Shown here: positions 44,641 through 55,866 of the stretch, piece after piece
Numbering within the stretch: the stretch's first letter is position 1
How the letters are laid out: each line of letters opens with the position of its first letter
Origin: an uncultured Verrucomicrobiae bacterium
Lineage (GTDB): Bacteria > Verrucomicrobiota > Verrucomicrobiia > Chthoniobacterales > UBA10450
Direction of reading: 5' to 3'
Assembly: GCA_963772365.1 (NCBI GenBank)
Contig: CAVYXA010000001.1
Coordinates: 416,001 to 480,000 of the forward strand
Length of the DNA: 64,000 nt
The notes under the pieces: generated by a model
What the model was told of the DNA's origin: nothing
Seen by the model: only the letters and a program-made list of their open reading frames with translations
The model's database searches: none
Position numbers and translations under genes: made by a program

Positions 44641-44739
44641 ATAAATAAGAGTTTGTTTGGTTGGCTGTCATATCCACACAAATATCGTTCCCGGAATGGG
44701 TAATGGTTTGGCCTGGAATTGCTAACGAGACGACCGTCC

Positions 44740-45585
44740 CTATTCGGCAAGCTCTTTCGCCGGCTCGCGGAGTTCGTTCCGGTCGCTCGCCATTTGGCAG
44801 TTGCCAGTAACTAGGTTGTTCGCGAAATGGCAGCAGCCAGAGCTGGCCGAACGTGAGATCGTTCTCCTCGCGATACGCCGGGACACCGATCGTGATCGCA
44901 TCCTGGGGAATATCACGCCGCAAAGTGCGATGGAGTTTGTCCCACCAGCAAAAGATCGTGCCCCAATTGGAGTTCGTCTCGCGTTCGACGATCGAATGGT
45001 GAATCCCATGCATCCGCGACGTAACTATGACGTGATTGAGAATCCGCTCAAACCAGATCGGCAACCGCCAGTTGGAATGGTGAAACACAACGGCCGCCTC
45101 AAACACGATAAAGAAGACGACAACCGCCATTGGCCCGACGCCGAAAAGAAACACAGTGAGCGAAAAAAATGCGACGGAGAAAAGCATCTCGCCGGAGTGA
45201 AATCGCGACGCGGTGCTCACGTCCATGTCCAGATCAGTATGATGCACGTTATGGAATCGCCAGAAAAACGGAACCATGTGATTGGCCCAATGCCACCACC
45301 AATAGGCATAATCAAGCGAACAAATCCGGCCACGACTCGTAACAAGCCTGGAACGGAATCCAATTGAGCGAAGCCAAATTGCCTCGTGTCTGCGCCCAGA
45401 ATAGCGATCGCAAGCGGACCTGGCAGCAGTGCCCACCGGAAAATCGCCTGCGCTGGAATGAAAAGATCAAATTCCGAATCATTCGGCGGATCAATTGAAG
45501 TGCTGTCGCCGTAACGGAAAACGCCATTGCAACAAAGGAAGCGCGCTAAAAAGACAAAAAACGAGAGGGACACCGACATAATCAA
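44740..45585 (-). pseudogene. Sterol desaturase / fatty acid hydroxylase family, multiple frameshifts
   Basis: His boxes YWWHWANH, FHNVHHTD, FHHSN, HGIHHS; N-terminal part broken across frames. Confidence 0.8.
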
Positions 45586-45624
45586 AGAGCGAATTTATTT
45601 CCACAATCTGTTATAGACAAGTCG

Positions 45625-46366
45625 ATGCTATCACCGGCAATCGAAGTCAGCAACGCGCGATTGGCATGCATTCGCTCCACGGTTTCGATCGTTGTGCCCG
45701 TCTGGAATGAAGTGACCTGATTCGTCCGTTCCTGGTTCATACGCGAAAATATGCGCCGGAGCAGAGATCATTATTGCCGATGGCGGAAGCACCGATGGCA
45801 CTGTCGATCTTGCAAAGGGTTTGTGCGATCAAGTGGTGACCTCATCTCGAGGACGCGCGTCCCAGATGAATGCGGGCGCGGGCGCAGCTAGCGGCGACGT
45901 TCTCTGGTTTCTTCATGTCGATGTAAAAGTTCCGCCGGATTGCCTGATCGAGATCGGCGGTGCTTTATCGCATGATCACGTTGCTGGCGGATTTTTTCGA
46001 ATTCGCATGCAGGATTCGCGATTCATATATCGACTTCACGGATACATTCGCGCATTACGCCGGGCTTCTATTGCGACTCCGATATAGCGACCATGGACTT
46101 TTTCTGTCGTCGCGGCATTTTCGAAAGCATCGGCGGTTTTCCTGATGTGCCGTTGATGGAGGATGCAGATTTCTTTCGAAACCTTCGACATGGCAGGCCG
46201 GATGCGAGTGGTTCCGCGCCGGATCGAGGTCGATCCACGACGGTATGAATTGATTGGCCCCGCCCGGCTTACGTTCGTGTATGGATTGATCAGCGCGTTG
46301 TATTTTGCGGGAGTGCCCAGAAACTGGCTCGCCTCCATTTATCGGCGCATGTGTTGTCAATCTTAG
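45625..46366 (+). pseudogene. GT2 glycosyltransferase (TIGR04283-like, radical-SAM-associated), about five frameshifts
   Basis: SIVVPVWNE, ADGGSTDGT, GRASQMNAGA, FLHVD, GGFPDVPLMED, DPRRY spread over frames. Confidence 0.8.
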
Positions 46367-46414
46367 CGAACTTGCTTGCTCTTATGAAAGAGCTGCGCCC
46401 TATTTCGCGCAGTG

Positions 46415-47176
46415 ATGAGCAATCTGCGGCTCGGCGTGAATATCGATCACGTAGCCACATTGCGGCAGGCGCGTTACGCGACCATGCCGGAATCGAAAAA
46501 TGCCGAGCCGGACATCATCGCCGCCGCGGCGATTTGCGAGCGCGCCGGCGCGACCGGCATCGTAGCGCATCTGCGGACCGATCGCCGGCACATGCAGGAC
46601 CGCGATATCGAGCGGCTGCGGGAAAACATCATGACGAAGTTGAACCTGGAAATGGGCAACACGCCCGAGATTGTCGATGTTGCGCTGCGCATCTTGCCCG
46701 ATGAAGTCTGCCTCGTTCCGGAAAAGCGCGAAGAAGTCACAACGGAAGGCGGCCTCGACGTGGTCGGGCAATCGCAAGGAACTCGAGACCACAATCAAAC
46801 GCCTTCAGATCTGCCGGCATTCGCGTCAGTCTGTTTATCGATCCGACTTTGGAACAAGTGGACGCTGCGGGAGAACTTGGCGTCGAAATGGTCGAGCTTC
46901 ACACCGGCAAACTGGCAAATGCTTTTGCCGAAAAGATTGCAGAACGAAGAACTCGAGAACCTGCAGGCGGCGGCAAAAGTGCGCTAAAGAGAACTAAAGC
47001 TCAGGTGAACGCCGGGCATGGAATCAACTACACGAACATTGCGCTGATTCACAAAATTCCGCATCTGACGGAGTTAAACATTGGCCATTCGATTATTTCA
47101 CGCGCGATGTTCGTTGGACTGGAAAATGCCGTTCGGGACATGCTCGCCGCCATGAAGGATTACAGCAGGATGAAAC
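46415..47176 (+). CDS. pdxJ: Pyridoxine 5'-phosphate synthase (several frameshifts; end approximate)
   Basis: [64 protein letters not shown]. Confidence 0.9.
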
Positions 47177-47320
47177 AATGCGATGGCCGCATCGCACTCA
47201 AGATTGTCGCGCGAAAGACCGATCAAGCGTTTGCCTGTTTCGCGAAGCTTTAGGAGGCGAGCGCCTTGGCGCCGCTTTTCAACCGGTCGCGTCGTCACAA
47301 TGTCGAGGCATCGGCCGACT

Positions 47321-47707
47321 ATGAGCGTCATTGGGATTGGCATCGATCTGGTCGAATGCGCGCGGATCGAGCATTCGATCGAACGCTTCGGCGAAAAATT
47401 TCTGCATCGAGTTTTCACCGAAGGCGAAATTGCTTATTCGATGTCGATGAAATTTCCGGCCCGACATCTGGCCGCGCGTTTCGCAGCTAAGGAAGCGGTC
47501 TCGAAAGCGTTCGGCACCGGCATTGGAAAATCGATGGGCTGGCGAGACATCGACGTGCGCAAAAAACCAAGCGGCGAACCGTTTCTGGTTTTCGGCGGCG
47601 GAGCGGATGCATTGGCGAAAGAGCGTAAGGTCACATGCGCATCCATCACACTCAGTCACACCGATCATCACGCCATGGCGATGATTGTGCTCGAAACGCA
47701 GGGATGA
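47321..47707 (+). CDS. acpS: Holo-ACP synthase
   Basis: GIGIDLVE, ARFAAKEAVSKAFGTG, ITLSH; pdxJ-acpS order is typical. Confidence 0.95.
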   Translation: MSVIGIGIDLVECARIEHSIERFGEKFLHRVFTEGEIAYSMSMKFPARHLAARFAAKEAVSKAFGTGIGKSMGWRDIDVRKKPSGEPFLVFGGGADALAKERKVTCASITLSHTDHHAMAMIVLETQG

Positions 47708-47712
47708 AGTTT

Positions 47713-47736
47713 GCCCCGAAAGCTTTCGGGGCTACA
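47713..47736. repeat. GTAG-headed REP
   Basis: gccccgaaagctttcggggc followed by tacag; perfect palindrome. Confidence 0.6.
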
Positions 47737-47747
47737 GATAGTCGCGA

Positions 47748-49391
47748 ATGGCGAAAACTTTCTACATCACCACGGCGATTGATTACACCAATTCGCCGCC
47801 GCACATCGGGCACGCCTACGAAAAAGTGCTGGCCGATGTGATCGCCCGGTATCATCGGCTGAAGGGTGAGAAGAAGACATTTTTTTTGACCGGTGTCGAT
47901 CAACATGGCCAAAAAGTCCAGCAATCGGCCGAGAAAGCGGGCGTTTCGCCGAAAGAGTTCGTCGATGAGATCACGGCGAAATTCGCGGCGCTTTGGGAAA
48001 AGCTCGAGGTGAAATATGACGGCTGGGCCGCGACGACCGATCCAGTTCATCAGAAAGTCGTGCAGGGAATATTGCAGCGGCTTTGGCAGGACGTCGATCC
48101 TACGATAGGAAAAAGCCGATCGATCTACAAGGCGAAACAGGCCGGCTACTACTCGATTCGACAGGAACAATTTCTCACCGACAAAGAGCGGGGCCCGGAC
48201 GGCGAATTCGGATCGGAGTGGGGCCAGGTCGAATTTCGCGAGGAAGAAAATTATTACTTCAGACTGAGCCAGCACAAAGAATGGCTGTTGCGGTACCTCG
48301 ACAATCGCAAGGACGCGGTCATTCCCGATTTTCGGCAGACGGAGTTACGCAATGCGGTCGAGAAAATCAGCGGGGACTTGTGCATTTCGCGTCCGAAATC
48401 GCGCCTCGATTGGGGGATCGAGCTGCCGTTCGACAAGGATTACGTCACCTACGTCTGGTTCGACGCGCTGACCAGTTACATCAGCTTCATCGGCTACGAT
48501 CCTGGGGAAGCTGTCAGCTTCCCCTACAGTAAACAGCCGGCCGAGTTTCTGGAGAAATGGCCTGCGCTCCACGTCATCGGGAAAGACATCCTCGTTCCCG
48601 CACACGGCATTTACTGGTTGATCATGCTGCACGCGCTTGGTTTCCCTGACGAAGCCATGCCGCAATTGCTGGTCCACGGCTGGTGGAACCTGGGCGGCGC
48701 CAAGATGAGCAAAAGCGCCGGCAACATTGTCGATCCTTTCGCGCTAATCGAGAAATACGGCGCGCAAGCGGTTCGCTATTATTTAATGAGCGATATCGCT
48801 ACGGGAAAAGACGCCGATTTTTCGGAGGAACGATTGGTGGAACGATACAACGCTGACTTGGCTAATACATTGGGTAACTTATTGAATCGGACACTGAACA
48901 TGGTGTTGCGATACTGGCATGGCTCGGTCAGGAACGTTCTTGGCAACCATCACGCTATTGCATTTATGGATTCGGGCGATTCGTCGCGCGCTTTCTTGAC
49001 AGACTTACTTACCGGTTGCCGAATCGCTCTTGGTCATTACGGCCGCGACGCCATGGACTTATGTGCTGTTAGCGATGGACTAATCGCCGCGCTAGGTATC
49101 GCTCACGAAGGCAACTTTCTTATCGAAAACTGGGCGTTATGGAAGCTTGCCAAGGAGCCTACCGAAAAAAGAAAGCTTGATGCGGCTCTCTACACTCTTC
49201 TCGAATCGCTACGTATCATCGCGATTTTGATTTCGCCGGTCTTGCCGAACGCAGCGCATGCAATTTTCGATCAGCTTGACCCACAGAAAAAGTTAAGCCG
49301 TGATTTTCACCTTGAGAATGCGGAGTGGGGCGGTTTGCCGGATGGGCATGTCGTCGGGAAGCCGGTACCGTTGTTCCCGCGGATCGAATAG
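47748..49391 (+). CDS. metG: Methionine--tRNA ligase (short form)
   Basis: HIGH, TGVDQHGQK, YVWFDAL, IGKDI, KMSKS, anticodon domain GNLLNR...W. Confidence 0.95.
   Translation: MAKTFYITTAIDYTNSPPHIGHAYEKVLADVIARYHRLKGEKKTFFLTGVDQHGQKVQQSAEKAGVSPKEFVDEITAKFAALWEKLEVKYDGWAATTDPVHQKVVQGILQRLWQDVDPTIGKSRSIYKAKQAGYYSIRQEQFLTDKERGPDGEFGSEWGQVEFREEENYYFRLSQHKEWLLRYLDNRKDAVIPDFRQTELRNAVEKISGDLCISRPKSRLDWGIELPFDKDYVTYVWFDALTSYISFIGYDPGEAVSFPYSKQPAEFLEKWPALHVIGKDILVPAHGIYWLIMLHALGFPDEAMPQLLVHGWWNLGGAKMSKSAGNIVDPFALIEKYGAQAVRYYLMSDIATGKDADFSEERLVERYNADLANTLGNLLNRTLNMVLRYWHGSVRNVLGNHHAIAFMDSGDSSRAFLTDLLTGCRIALGHYGRDAMDLCAVSDGLIAALGIAHEGNFLIENWALWKLAKEPTEKRKLDAALYTLLESLRIIAILISPVLPNAAHAIFDQLDPQKKLSRDFHLENAEWGGLPDGHVVGKPVPLFPRIE
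48504..48529. repeat. REP palindrome in-frame inside metG
   Basis: GGGGAAGCTG-T-CAGCTTCCCC-TACAG; family copies at 63480-63505 and 63663-63688. Confidence 0.75.
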
Positions 49392-49449
49392 GTGGAACGG
49401 GATCTCCGAGCGCGTTGGTAAATTCGGGCGGCGAAGCCGCAATTGCGCG

Positions 49450-49650
49450 CTAACCATTTAATTCGTTTCCGAGCTCGCGCTTCAAATTCTGGCGCATCGA
49501 TTTCTTAATCGCGCGCCGTTCGTCGGCGATGGCTTGTTTTTCCGCGCGACGTTCGTTTCTGGTACGCTGATCTATCGCGCGCGGGAGATGTGAAATCCTC
49601 GGCCGTCTCTCGCCGATCTTTCGCTCCTTTGGCTTGGCGTAAGGATCCAC
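49450..49650 (-). CDS. Small basic hypothetical protein
   Basis: 66 aa, K/R-rich, fills the gap between metG and a repeat; TAAAAT 5 nt before the GTG. Confidence 0.55.
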   Translation of the reverse strand: MDPYAKPKERKIGERRPRISHLPRAIDQRTRNERRAEKQAIADERRAIKKSMRQNLKRELGNELNG

Positions 49651-49680
49651 GGCTGATTTTACACTGATATCGAGCCACTC

Positions 49681-49795
49681 AAAAGCGGTGCGAGTACGTC
49701 CCGCACTCCCAAAGGACTGCGTCCGAAATGTCTATGACGCGCTCTTTCATTGTGCGACAGCTTTCGGAGTGCGATGCGCCCCCGCGTCGCTTTTT
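49681..49795. repeat. REP-doublet inverted repeat
   Basis: aaaagcggtgcgagtacgtcccgcactcccaaag ... ctttcggagtgcgatgcgcccccgcgtcgctttt. Confidence 0.65.
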
Positions 49796-49819
49796 TGTTA
49801 TCATGGGGCAGAATGCAGT

Positions 49820-50770
49820 ATGGCTGTCGATCTTCTGACCATCCGCGCGGCGCACGAGCGGATTCGGCCATACATTCAACGAACGCCGGTGTTGAGGAGC
49901 TCACGGTTGAATGAAGCGAGCGTCGCGTCGCTGCTTTTTAAGTGTGAAAATTTTCAGAAGATTGGCGCGTTCAAAGCGCGCGGCGCGACGAATGCAGTTT
50001 TTGCGCTGGACGACGCGATCGCGAAGCGCGGTGTGGCAACTCATTCGTCGGGAAACCACGGAACCGCTTTGGCACGCGCGGCGAAGCTACGCGGGATTCC
50101 GGCGCACATCGTGATGCCGTCAAATTCGGCCAAAGTGAAAGTGCGCGCGGTCGAAGGTTTCGGCGCGCAGATCATCTTTTGCGAACCGAGTGATGCATCA
50201 CGCGAAGCAGCCTGCGCTGATGTGATCGCGAAAACCGGTGCGACGTTGATCCATTCATTCGAAAACGAAAATGTGATGGCGGGACAGGGGACAGCCGCGG
50301 TCGAACTGCTCGAGGATGTTCCCGATCTCGATCTTATCATCTGTCCTGTGGGCGGCGGTGGTTTGCTTTCGGGAACTGCCGTGGCGGCCAAATCGATGTG
50401 GCCGCAGATTAAGATAATTGCAGTCGAGCCGGCGAATGCCGACGATACCGCTCAATCTTTTCACGCGGGGAAACGCATCGTAACCGAAAAGAAATTCACA
50501 ATTGCCGACGGTCTCCGGACGAACGTGGGCGATCTAACGTTTCCAATCATTCAACGTTACGTCGATGATGTCGTTACCGTGAGCGAGAATGCGATCGTGT
50601 CAGCGATGCGAACGATCTGGGAGACAATGAAGATCGTGATCGAGCCATCGGCCGCGGTCCCGTACGCGGCTGTTCTCGAAAACAAGATCGACATCGGCGG
50701 CAAACGCGCCGCCATTATTCTCACTGGTGGCAACGTCGATCTCGACGCACTACCTTGGAGCAAATCGTAG
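49820..50770 (+). CDS. PLP-dependent serine/threonine dehydratase / serine racemase family
   Basis: KCENFQKIGAFKARGA, SSGNH, GGGGLLSG, IEPSAA, TGGNVD. Confidence 0.9.
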   Translation: MAVDLLTIRAAHERIRPYIQRTPVLRSSRLNEASVASLLFKCENFQKIGAFKARGATNAVFALDDAIAKRGVATHSSGNHGTALARAAKLRGIPAHIVMPSNSAKVKVRAVEGFGAQIIFCEPSDASREAACADVIAKTGATLIHSFENENVMAGQGTAAVELLEDVPDLDLIICPVGGGGLLSGTAVAAKSMWPQIKIIAVEPANADDTAQSFHAGKRIVTEKKFTIADGLRTNVGDLTFPIIQRYVDDVVTVSENAIVSAMRTIWETMKIVIEPSAAVPYAAVLENKIDIGGKRAAIILTGGNVDLDALPWSKS

Positions 50771-50775
50771 CGCTG

Positions 50776-51237
50776 TTATTTGCACGGACCGGGGACTGGA
50801 ATAACGAACTTTCCGTCTTTCTCGGCTATGAAATTCTCGCTTGTACTGTTTGAGCTGCCGTTCGCGTCCTTCTTCTCAACGGTAATCATTAATTTCTTCG
50901 TTGGCTTCATAGTGAGGCAGACTTTGGAACCGTTCGGTGAATCCATCGGAGCATTCGCTTTTGCCGCATCTTCCGCAGTAAGATCGACAAGTTCGATCTT
51001 GGAAATCTTGCCGCCGGCTTCGGCTGATTGCATCATTTTATAAAATTCCGTGATCCCCGGATCGGCACCGGTGGTGTAGAGGAAGGATTGCAACGTAGGC
51101 GTATCCTTCGCCTCGAAGGCGGTCTTGTATTTGTCCATGAACTCCTTTTCTTTCGGAGAACTGCCCGCTTGCAGAGAAAGCGGAATCAGTGCGACGAGTG
51201 CGAAGCTTAAAAGAGTGGCTCTGAGATGTTTGTTCAT
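50776..51237 (-). CDS. Secreted hypothetical protein
   Basis: Signal peptide ending SLQA; Lys-rich soluble domain with two Cys. Confidence 0.7.
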   Translation of the reverse strand: MNKHLRATLLSFALVALIPLSLQAGSSPKEKEFMDKYKTAFEAKDTPTLQSFLYTTGADPGITEFYKMMQSAEAGGKISKIELVDLTAEDAAKANAPMDSPNGSKVCLTMKPTKKLMITVEKKDANGSSNSTSENFIAEKDGKFVIPVPGPCK

Positions 51238-51341
51238 GCCGCCGAGGTTAAAAAGCCGTTTGAGAAAAGCAATCCAATTCAATCGAGTGAAAATAATTGA
51301 TGGCTGGCGATTTCGAGGCTTAGTGCTGAGCGGACCTCGCA

Positions 51342-52532
51342 ATGAACATTCACGAGTATCAAGCCAAAGAGCTGTTGCAAAAATTCGGCGTCGCCACGAC
51401 GCGCGGTAAAGTCGCGGCATCGCCGGAAGAGGCTGAGGAGATCGCACGCGAGTTGGGCAATGTACCGGTTGTGGTCAAAGCGCAGATCCACGCCGGTGGG
51501 CGAGGGAAGGGGACATTCGCGAATGGATTCAAGGGCGGCGTCCACGTTGTAAAATCGCCCGAGGAAGCGCGCGAGGTGGCTGCGAAGATGCTCGGGCAAA
51601 CTCTGGTGACGCACCAGACCGGGACAGCCGGGCGGGTGGTCAACAAAGTGTTGGTCGCAGAAGCCGCCGAAATCGCGCGGGAAATTTACTTTGCGATTGT
51701 GCGCGATCGGCCGAGCGCGTCGGCAGTGATCGTGGCCAGCATGGAAGGCGGAGTTGAGATCGAGGCTGTGGCGGCGAAGTCGCCGGAGAAAATCATTCGG
51801 GAGCTTGTCGATCCGCTTGCCGGGCTGCAACCTTTTCAGACACGCAAGCTTGCCAAAAAGCTGGGATTTGAATCATCGCAATTGAAAGCCACGTCGAAGC
51901 TGTTCGACGGACTTTATCGCGCATTTGTGGGGTGTGATTGTTCGTTAGCGGAGATTAATCCGCTGGTTGTGACGCCGAAAGGCGAAGTTCTCGCTCTCGA
52001 CGCGAAATTCGATTTCGATGATAACGCCCTCTTTCGGCATCCAGAGATCGCAGCGTTGCGCGACATCGCCGAGGAAGATCCGCGCGAAGTCGAGGCTTCC
52101 AAGCACGGGCTCAATTACATCGGGCTGGACGGAAATATCGCGTGTCTGGTGAACGGAGCCGGCCTGGCAATGGCTACGATGGATATCATCAAGTTCTACG
52201 GTGGCAACCCGGCCAATTTCCTGGACGTCGGCGGAAGCGCGACCGAGGAGCAGGTAACTGAAGCGTTCAAGATCTTAATCTCCGACAAACATGTAGAGAC
52301 AATCCTGGTAAACATTTTCGGCGGAATCATGAGATGCGATGTGATCGCGCAAGGGATCATCAGTGCCGCGAAAGCGGTCAGACTGAACGTGCCGTTGGTG
52401 GTGCGATTGGAAGGAACCAATGTCGATGCTGGAAAAAAATTGCTAAGCGAAAGTGGTCTCGCCGTGATCGCCGCCGATGATTTGGCCGATGCCGCGCAAA
52501 AAGCAGTGAAAGCCTCCGGAGAGAAAAAATGA
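51342..52532 (+). CDS. sucC: Succinyl-CoA synthetase beta subunit
   Basis: [39 protein letters not shown]. Confidence 0.97.
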   Translation: MNIHEYQAKELLQKFGVATTRGKVAASPEEAEEIARELGNVPVVVKAQIHAGGRGKGTFANGFKGGVHVVKSPEEAREVAAKMLGQTLVTHQTGTAGRVVNKVLVAEAAEIAREIYFAIVRDRPSASAVIVASMEGGVEIEAVAAKSPEKIIRELVDPLAGLQPFQTRKLAKKLGFESSQLKATSKLFDGLYRAFVGCDCSLAEINPLVVTPKGEVLALDAKFDFDDNALFRHPEIAALRDIAEEDPREVEASKHGLNYIGLDGNIACLVNGAGLAMATMDIIKFYGGNPANFLDVGGSATEEQVTEAFKILISDKHVETILVNIFGGIMRCDVIAQGIISAAKAVRLNVPLVVRLEGTNVDAGKKLLSESGLAVIAADDLADAAQKAVKASGEKK

Positions 52533-52912
52533 AAGCAACGAACATCGCGTTTACCGGAATTCCCGTCACAGACATCAAACGGGCGCGAGCGTTTTACGAA
52601 GGCGTTCTTGGGTTGAAGTTATCCGAAGAAATGGGGAAGGGCCATTGGCTCGAATACGCAATCGGCGACGGCACTCTGGCCCTGGCAAATTTTCCTGGCC
52701 AGTGGAAGCCGTCAGAAGGCGGAACAAGCGTGGCGCTGGAAGTGGAGAATTTCGAGGAAGCGATTCGGCAATTGAAAGATCGACAAGTCCCCTTCGATGC
52801 CGAGGCGTTTGAAAGTCCATGTTGTCGCATGGCAGTGGTCCAAGATCCGGACGGCAACAAGATCATCATCCACAAACTCAAACCGGAAAACGAAAAGGAA
52901 CCCTGTCTATGA
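52529..52912 (+). CDS. VOC / glyoxalase family protein
   Basis: [17 protein letters not shown]...ALEVEN...[11 protein letters not shown]. Confidence 0.9.
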   Translation: MKATNIAFTGIPVTDIKRARAFYEGVLGLKLSEEMGKGHWLEYAIGDGTLALANFPGQWKPSEGGTSVALEVENFEEAIRQLKDRQVPFDAEAFESPCCRMAVVQDPDGNKIIIHKLKPENEKEPCL

Positions 52913-53269
52913 TTACAAACGAAGTGGCTTTTATTGCGATCGCGGTTTCCGACAAAGAGCGTGCACGAAAGTTTTATCAGGAAATGCTGGAACTAAAACC
53001 AGCGCGCACTCAAATGGATGGTGCCTGGGTCGAGGACCGATCTTGGCCCGGTCACGATCGGCGTAGGTTGTCATCCGGCCTGGCAACCGTCGCGAGACGG
53101 AACCACGGTCGCCTTCGAGGTCCAAAATATCGACGAGGCGTTCAACAAATTGAAAGATCGCGGCGTGACGTTCGACATCGACAAAACTGAGACGCCGGTT
53201 TGCTGGATGGCGCAATTTCGTGATCCGGATGGAAACAAGCTGGTCATTCACACGAGAAAGCAAATATGA
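52909..53269 (+). CDS. VOC / glyoxalase family paralog (frameshift near 53035)
   Basis: [23 protein letters not shown] / DLGPVTIGVG...FRDPDGNKLVIH. Confidence 0.8.
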
Positions 53270-53343
53270 AATCAAGAAAGCAGGAAAACAGGAATGGTTG
53301 AAGTCCTCTGCATTTTTCCTGTGTTCCTGCGTTCCTAATTCTT

Positions 53344-54228
53344 ATGTCTGTTTTGGTCGACGAAAGCACGCGTCTGGTAGTGCAGGGAATTACCGGCAGC
53401 GCCGGCGCATTCCATGCGCGGCAATGCATGGAGTATGGCACCAATGTCGTGGCCGGCGTTACGCCGGGAAAGGGCGGACAAATGTTCGACGGCAAAGTGC
53501 CGGTATTCGATACGGTTTGGGAAGCGAAACAAAAAACCAATTGCAATGTGTCGGTGATTTTCGTGCCGGCGCCCGCGGCTGCCGATTCAATTCTGGAGGC
53601 CGTGGATGCCGATCTCGATCTTGTAGTTTGCATCACGGAGGGGATTCCCGTGATGGACATGATGCGAGCAAAAGCGCAAATGCGCGGAAAGAAAACGCGC
53701 CTGATCGGGCCGAACTGCCCCGGAATCATCACTCCCGGCGCGTGCAAAATTGGGATCATGCCGGGGTACATTCACAAGCCGGGGAAGGTGGCGGTGATTT
53801 CGCGCTCGGGAACGTTGACTTACGAAGCCGTTTGGCAATTGACCGAGCGCGGCTATGGACAATCGACCTGCATCGGAATCGGCGGCGATCCGATCAATGG
53901 CATGTCGCATTTGGATGCCGTGAAACTTTTCAATGAAGATCCCGGCACCGATGCGATGGTGCTGATCGGCGAAATCGGTGGGTCAGCCGAGGAAGAAGCG
54001 GCTGAATGGATCAAGACGAATTGCAAGAAACCAATCGCTGCCTTTATCGCCGGCATGACCGCACCACCGGGTCGAAGAATGGGCCATGCTGGAGCGATTG
54101 TTTCCGGAGGAAAAGGAACGGCCGCGGGGAAAATTGAAGCGCTGAAGGCAGCTGGAATTGCTATTGCCGAGACTCCGGCGACAATGGCGGATACGTTAAT
54201 TCGCAGCATGAAAGGCAAGAAAAGATGA
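53344..54228 (+). CDS. sucD: Succinyl-CoA synthetase alpha subunit
   Basis: [37 protein letters not shown]. Confidence 0.97.
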   Translation: MSVLVDESTRLVVQGITGSAGAFHARQCMEYGTNVVAGVTPGKGGQMFDGKVPVFDTVWEAKQKTNCNVSVIFVPAPAAADSILEAVDADLDLVVCITEGIPVMDMMRAKAQMRGKKTRLIGPNCPGIITPGACKIGIMPGYIHKPGKVAVISRSGTLTYEAVWQLTERGYGQSTCIGIGGDPINGMSHLDAVKLFNEDPGTDAMVLIGEIGGSAEEEAAEWIKTNCKKPIAAFIAGMTAPPGRRMGHAGAIVSGGKGTAAGKIEALKAAGIAIAETPATMADTLIRSMKGKKR

Positions 54229-55346
54229 TCTCACGCGGACTCGAAGGCGTTGTGGCAAACACCACGCGATTAAGCGCCGTGATCGGCGATAAGGGACAAC
54301 TTGTTTATTGCGGTTACGACATCAACGAATTGGCTGGCAAAGTCAGCTACGAAGAAGTGGTTTACCTGCTTTGGAATAACAAGCTGCCGAATCGGGCTGA
54401 GCTCGACCGGTGCGCAAATCAGTTGCGCGCGCAAAGGCAATTGCCGGACGGGTTGATCGATTTCATCAAAAAAGCACCAAAGAACGCGGCGCCGATGGAT
54501 GTAATGCGGACCGCGATCTCGATGCTCGGGCTCTACGATCCGAATATTCACGAAGCAACATTTGAAAAAGGAAAAGAACGAGCCCGCAGCATCACGGCCA
54601 AGATTGGTGTGATCGCGGCTTATTTTCATCGGGCACGCAATGGCCAGCCGTTGCCGCCAGTGCGCGAGGATCTTGGGGAAGCGGCGCATTTTCTTTATTT
54701 AATAAACGGCGAAGAGCCGCCAAAGGAGGCGGCAGATACCCTGGATGTGGCGTTTGTTCTGCATGCCGATCACGGAACGAATGCGTCCACGTTTAGCGCC
54801 CGGGTAACAATTTCGACCTTGAGCGACATGTACTCAGCGATCACCTCGGCAATCGGAACATTGAAGGGCCCGCTCCACGGTGGCGCGAACGAGGGAGTCA
54901 TTCGCATGCTGGAGGAAATCGGCAGCGAGGAGAATGTCGATGCTTACGTCGAGAAGAAGCTCGCCGCGCATGAAAAGATCATGGGAATTGGCCATCGCGT
55001 TTATAAAGCGCTCGATCCGCGCGCGCCGCATCTTCGAGCGATGGCGATCAAGTTAAGCGAAAAAATTGGCGAACCGAAATGGATCCGGATGAGCGAGCGG
55101 ATTGCTAAATTAATGAAGGAAAAGAAAAACTTGAACGCAAATGTCGATTTTTATTCGGCCACGGTTTATCACTCGCTGGGCATTCCCACGGATCTGTTTA
55201 CCCCGATCTTTGCCATTGCTCGCTGTTCCGGATGGTGTGCGCACGTTCTGGAACAGCTCGAAGATAATCGTCTTTACCGGCCGCTCTCCCAATATGTGGG
55301 CGAGCCGGTTGGGAAGAAAGTTATCCCCATCGACAAACGTCCCTGA
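54225..55346 (+). CDS. Citrate synthase (short, dimeric type)
   Basis: [38 protein letters not shown]. Confidence 0.93.
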   Translation: MISRGLEGVVANTTRLSAVIGDKGQLVYCGYDINELAGKVSYEEVVYLLWNNKLPNRAELDRCANQLRAQRQLPDGLIDFIKKAPKNAAPMDVMRTAISMLGLYDPNIHEATFEKGKERARSITAKIGVIAAYFHRARNGQPLPPVREDLGEAAHFLYLINGEEPPKEAADTLDVAFVLHADHGTNASTFSARVTISTLSDMYSAITSAIGTLKGPLHGGANEGVIRMLEEIGSEENVDAYVEKKLAAHEKIMGIGHRVYKALDPRAPHLRAMAIKLSEKIGEPKWIRMSERIAKLMKEKKNLNANVDFYSATVYHSLGIPTDLFTPIFAIARCSGWCAHVLEQLEDNRLYRPLSQYVGEPVGKKVIPIDKRP

Positions 55347-55471
55347 GACTCGCGGGTTCGCCGATCTGATTATGTTCGGCCCGAGCTGGACTGGCGTTCT
55401 GAAGATCACGATCGGCTGCTACGGGATTCCTCGACTTCGCTCGGAATGACGGCTTCAATTACATCGCTTCT

Positions 55472-55840
55472 ATGAACATGCTTTCACTTATCGCTATCAC
55501 TTGGTTCGGCGAGGAACATCGCTTTCTCGGGTTGGACTGGAGTTATCTCATGATCCTCGGCTTCATCGGGAACGCATTATTTTCGATGCGATTTCTCGTT
55601 CAATGGCTCGCTTCCGAACGCCAGGGCGAAAGCATCATTCCGGTTTCCTTCTGGTATTGGAGCATCGCCGGCAGCGTCCTGATGTGTTTCTATTTTGTTT
55701 TCCGGCGCGATCCCGTTGGAATTCTCGCCTATCTGCCGAATTCGCTCATTTACATCCGCAATCTAATGCTGATCCGGAAACGCAAATTCGCTTACACCGC
55801 CGCTGCACCCTCGCAAAATCCGCAGGAACAGAATCGTTAG
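55472..55840 (+). CDS. Lipid-A-disaccharide synthase N-terminal (LAB_N) domain membrane protein
   Basis: GFIGNALFSMRFLVQWLASER...SFWYWSIAG...DPV...YIRNL. Confidence 0.85.
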   Translation: MNMLSLIAITWFGEEHRFLGLDWSYLMILGFIGNALFSMRFLVQWLASERQGESIIPVSFWYWSIAGSVLMCFYFVFRRDPVGILAYLPNSLIYIRNLMLIRKRKFAYTAAAPSQNPQEQNR

Positions 55841-55866
55841 GGATAAACAAGACGAAGCACCGATTC

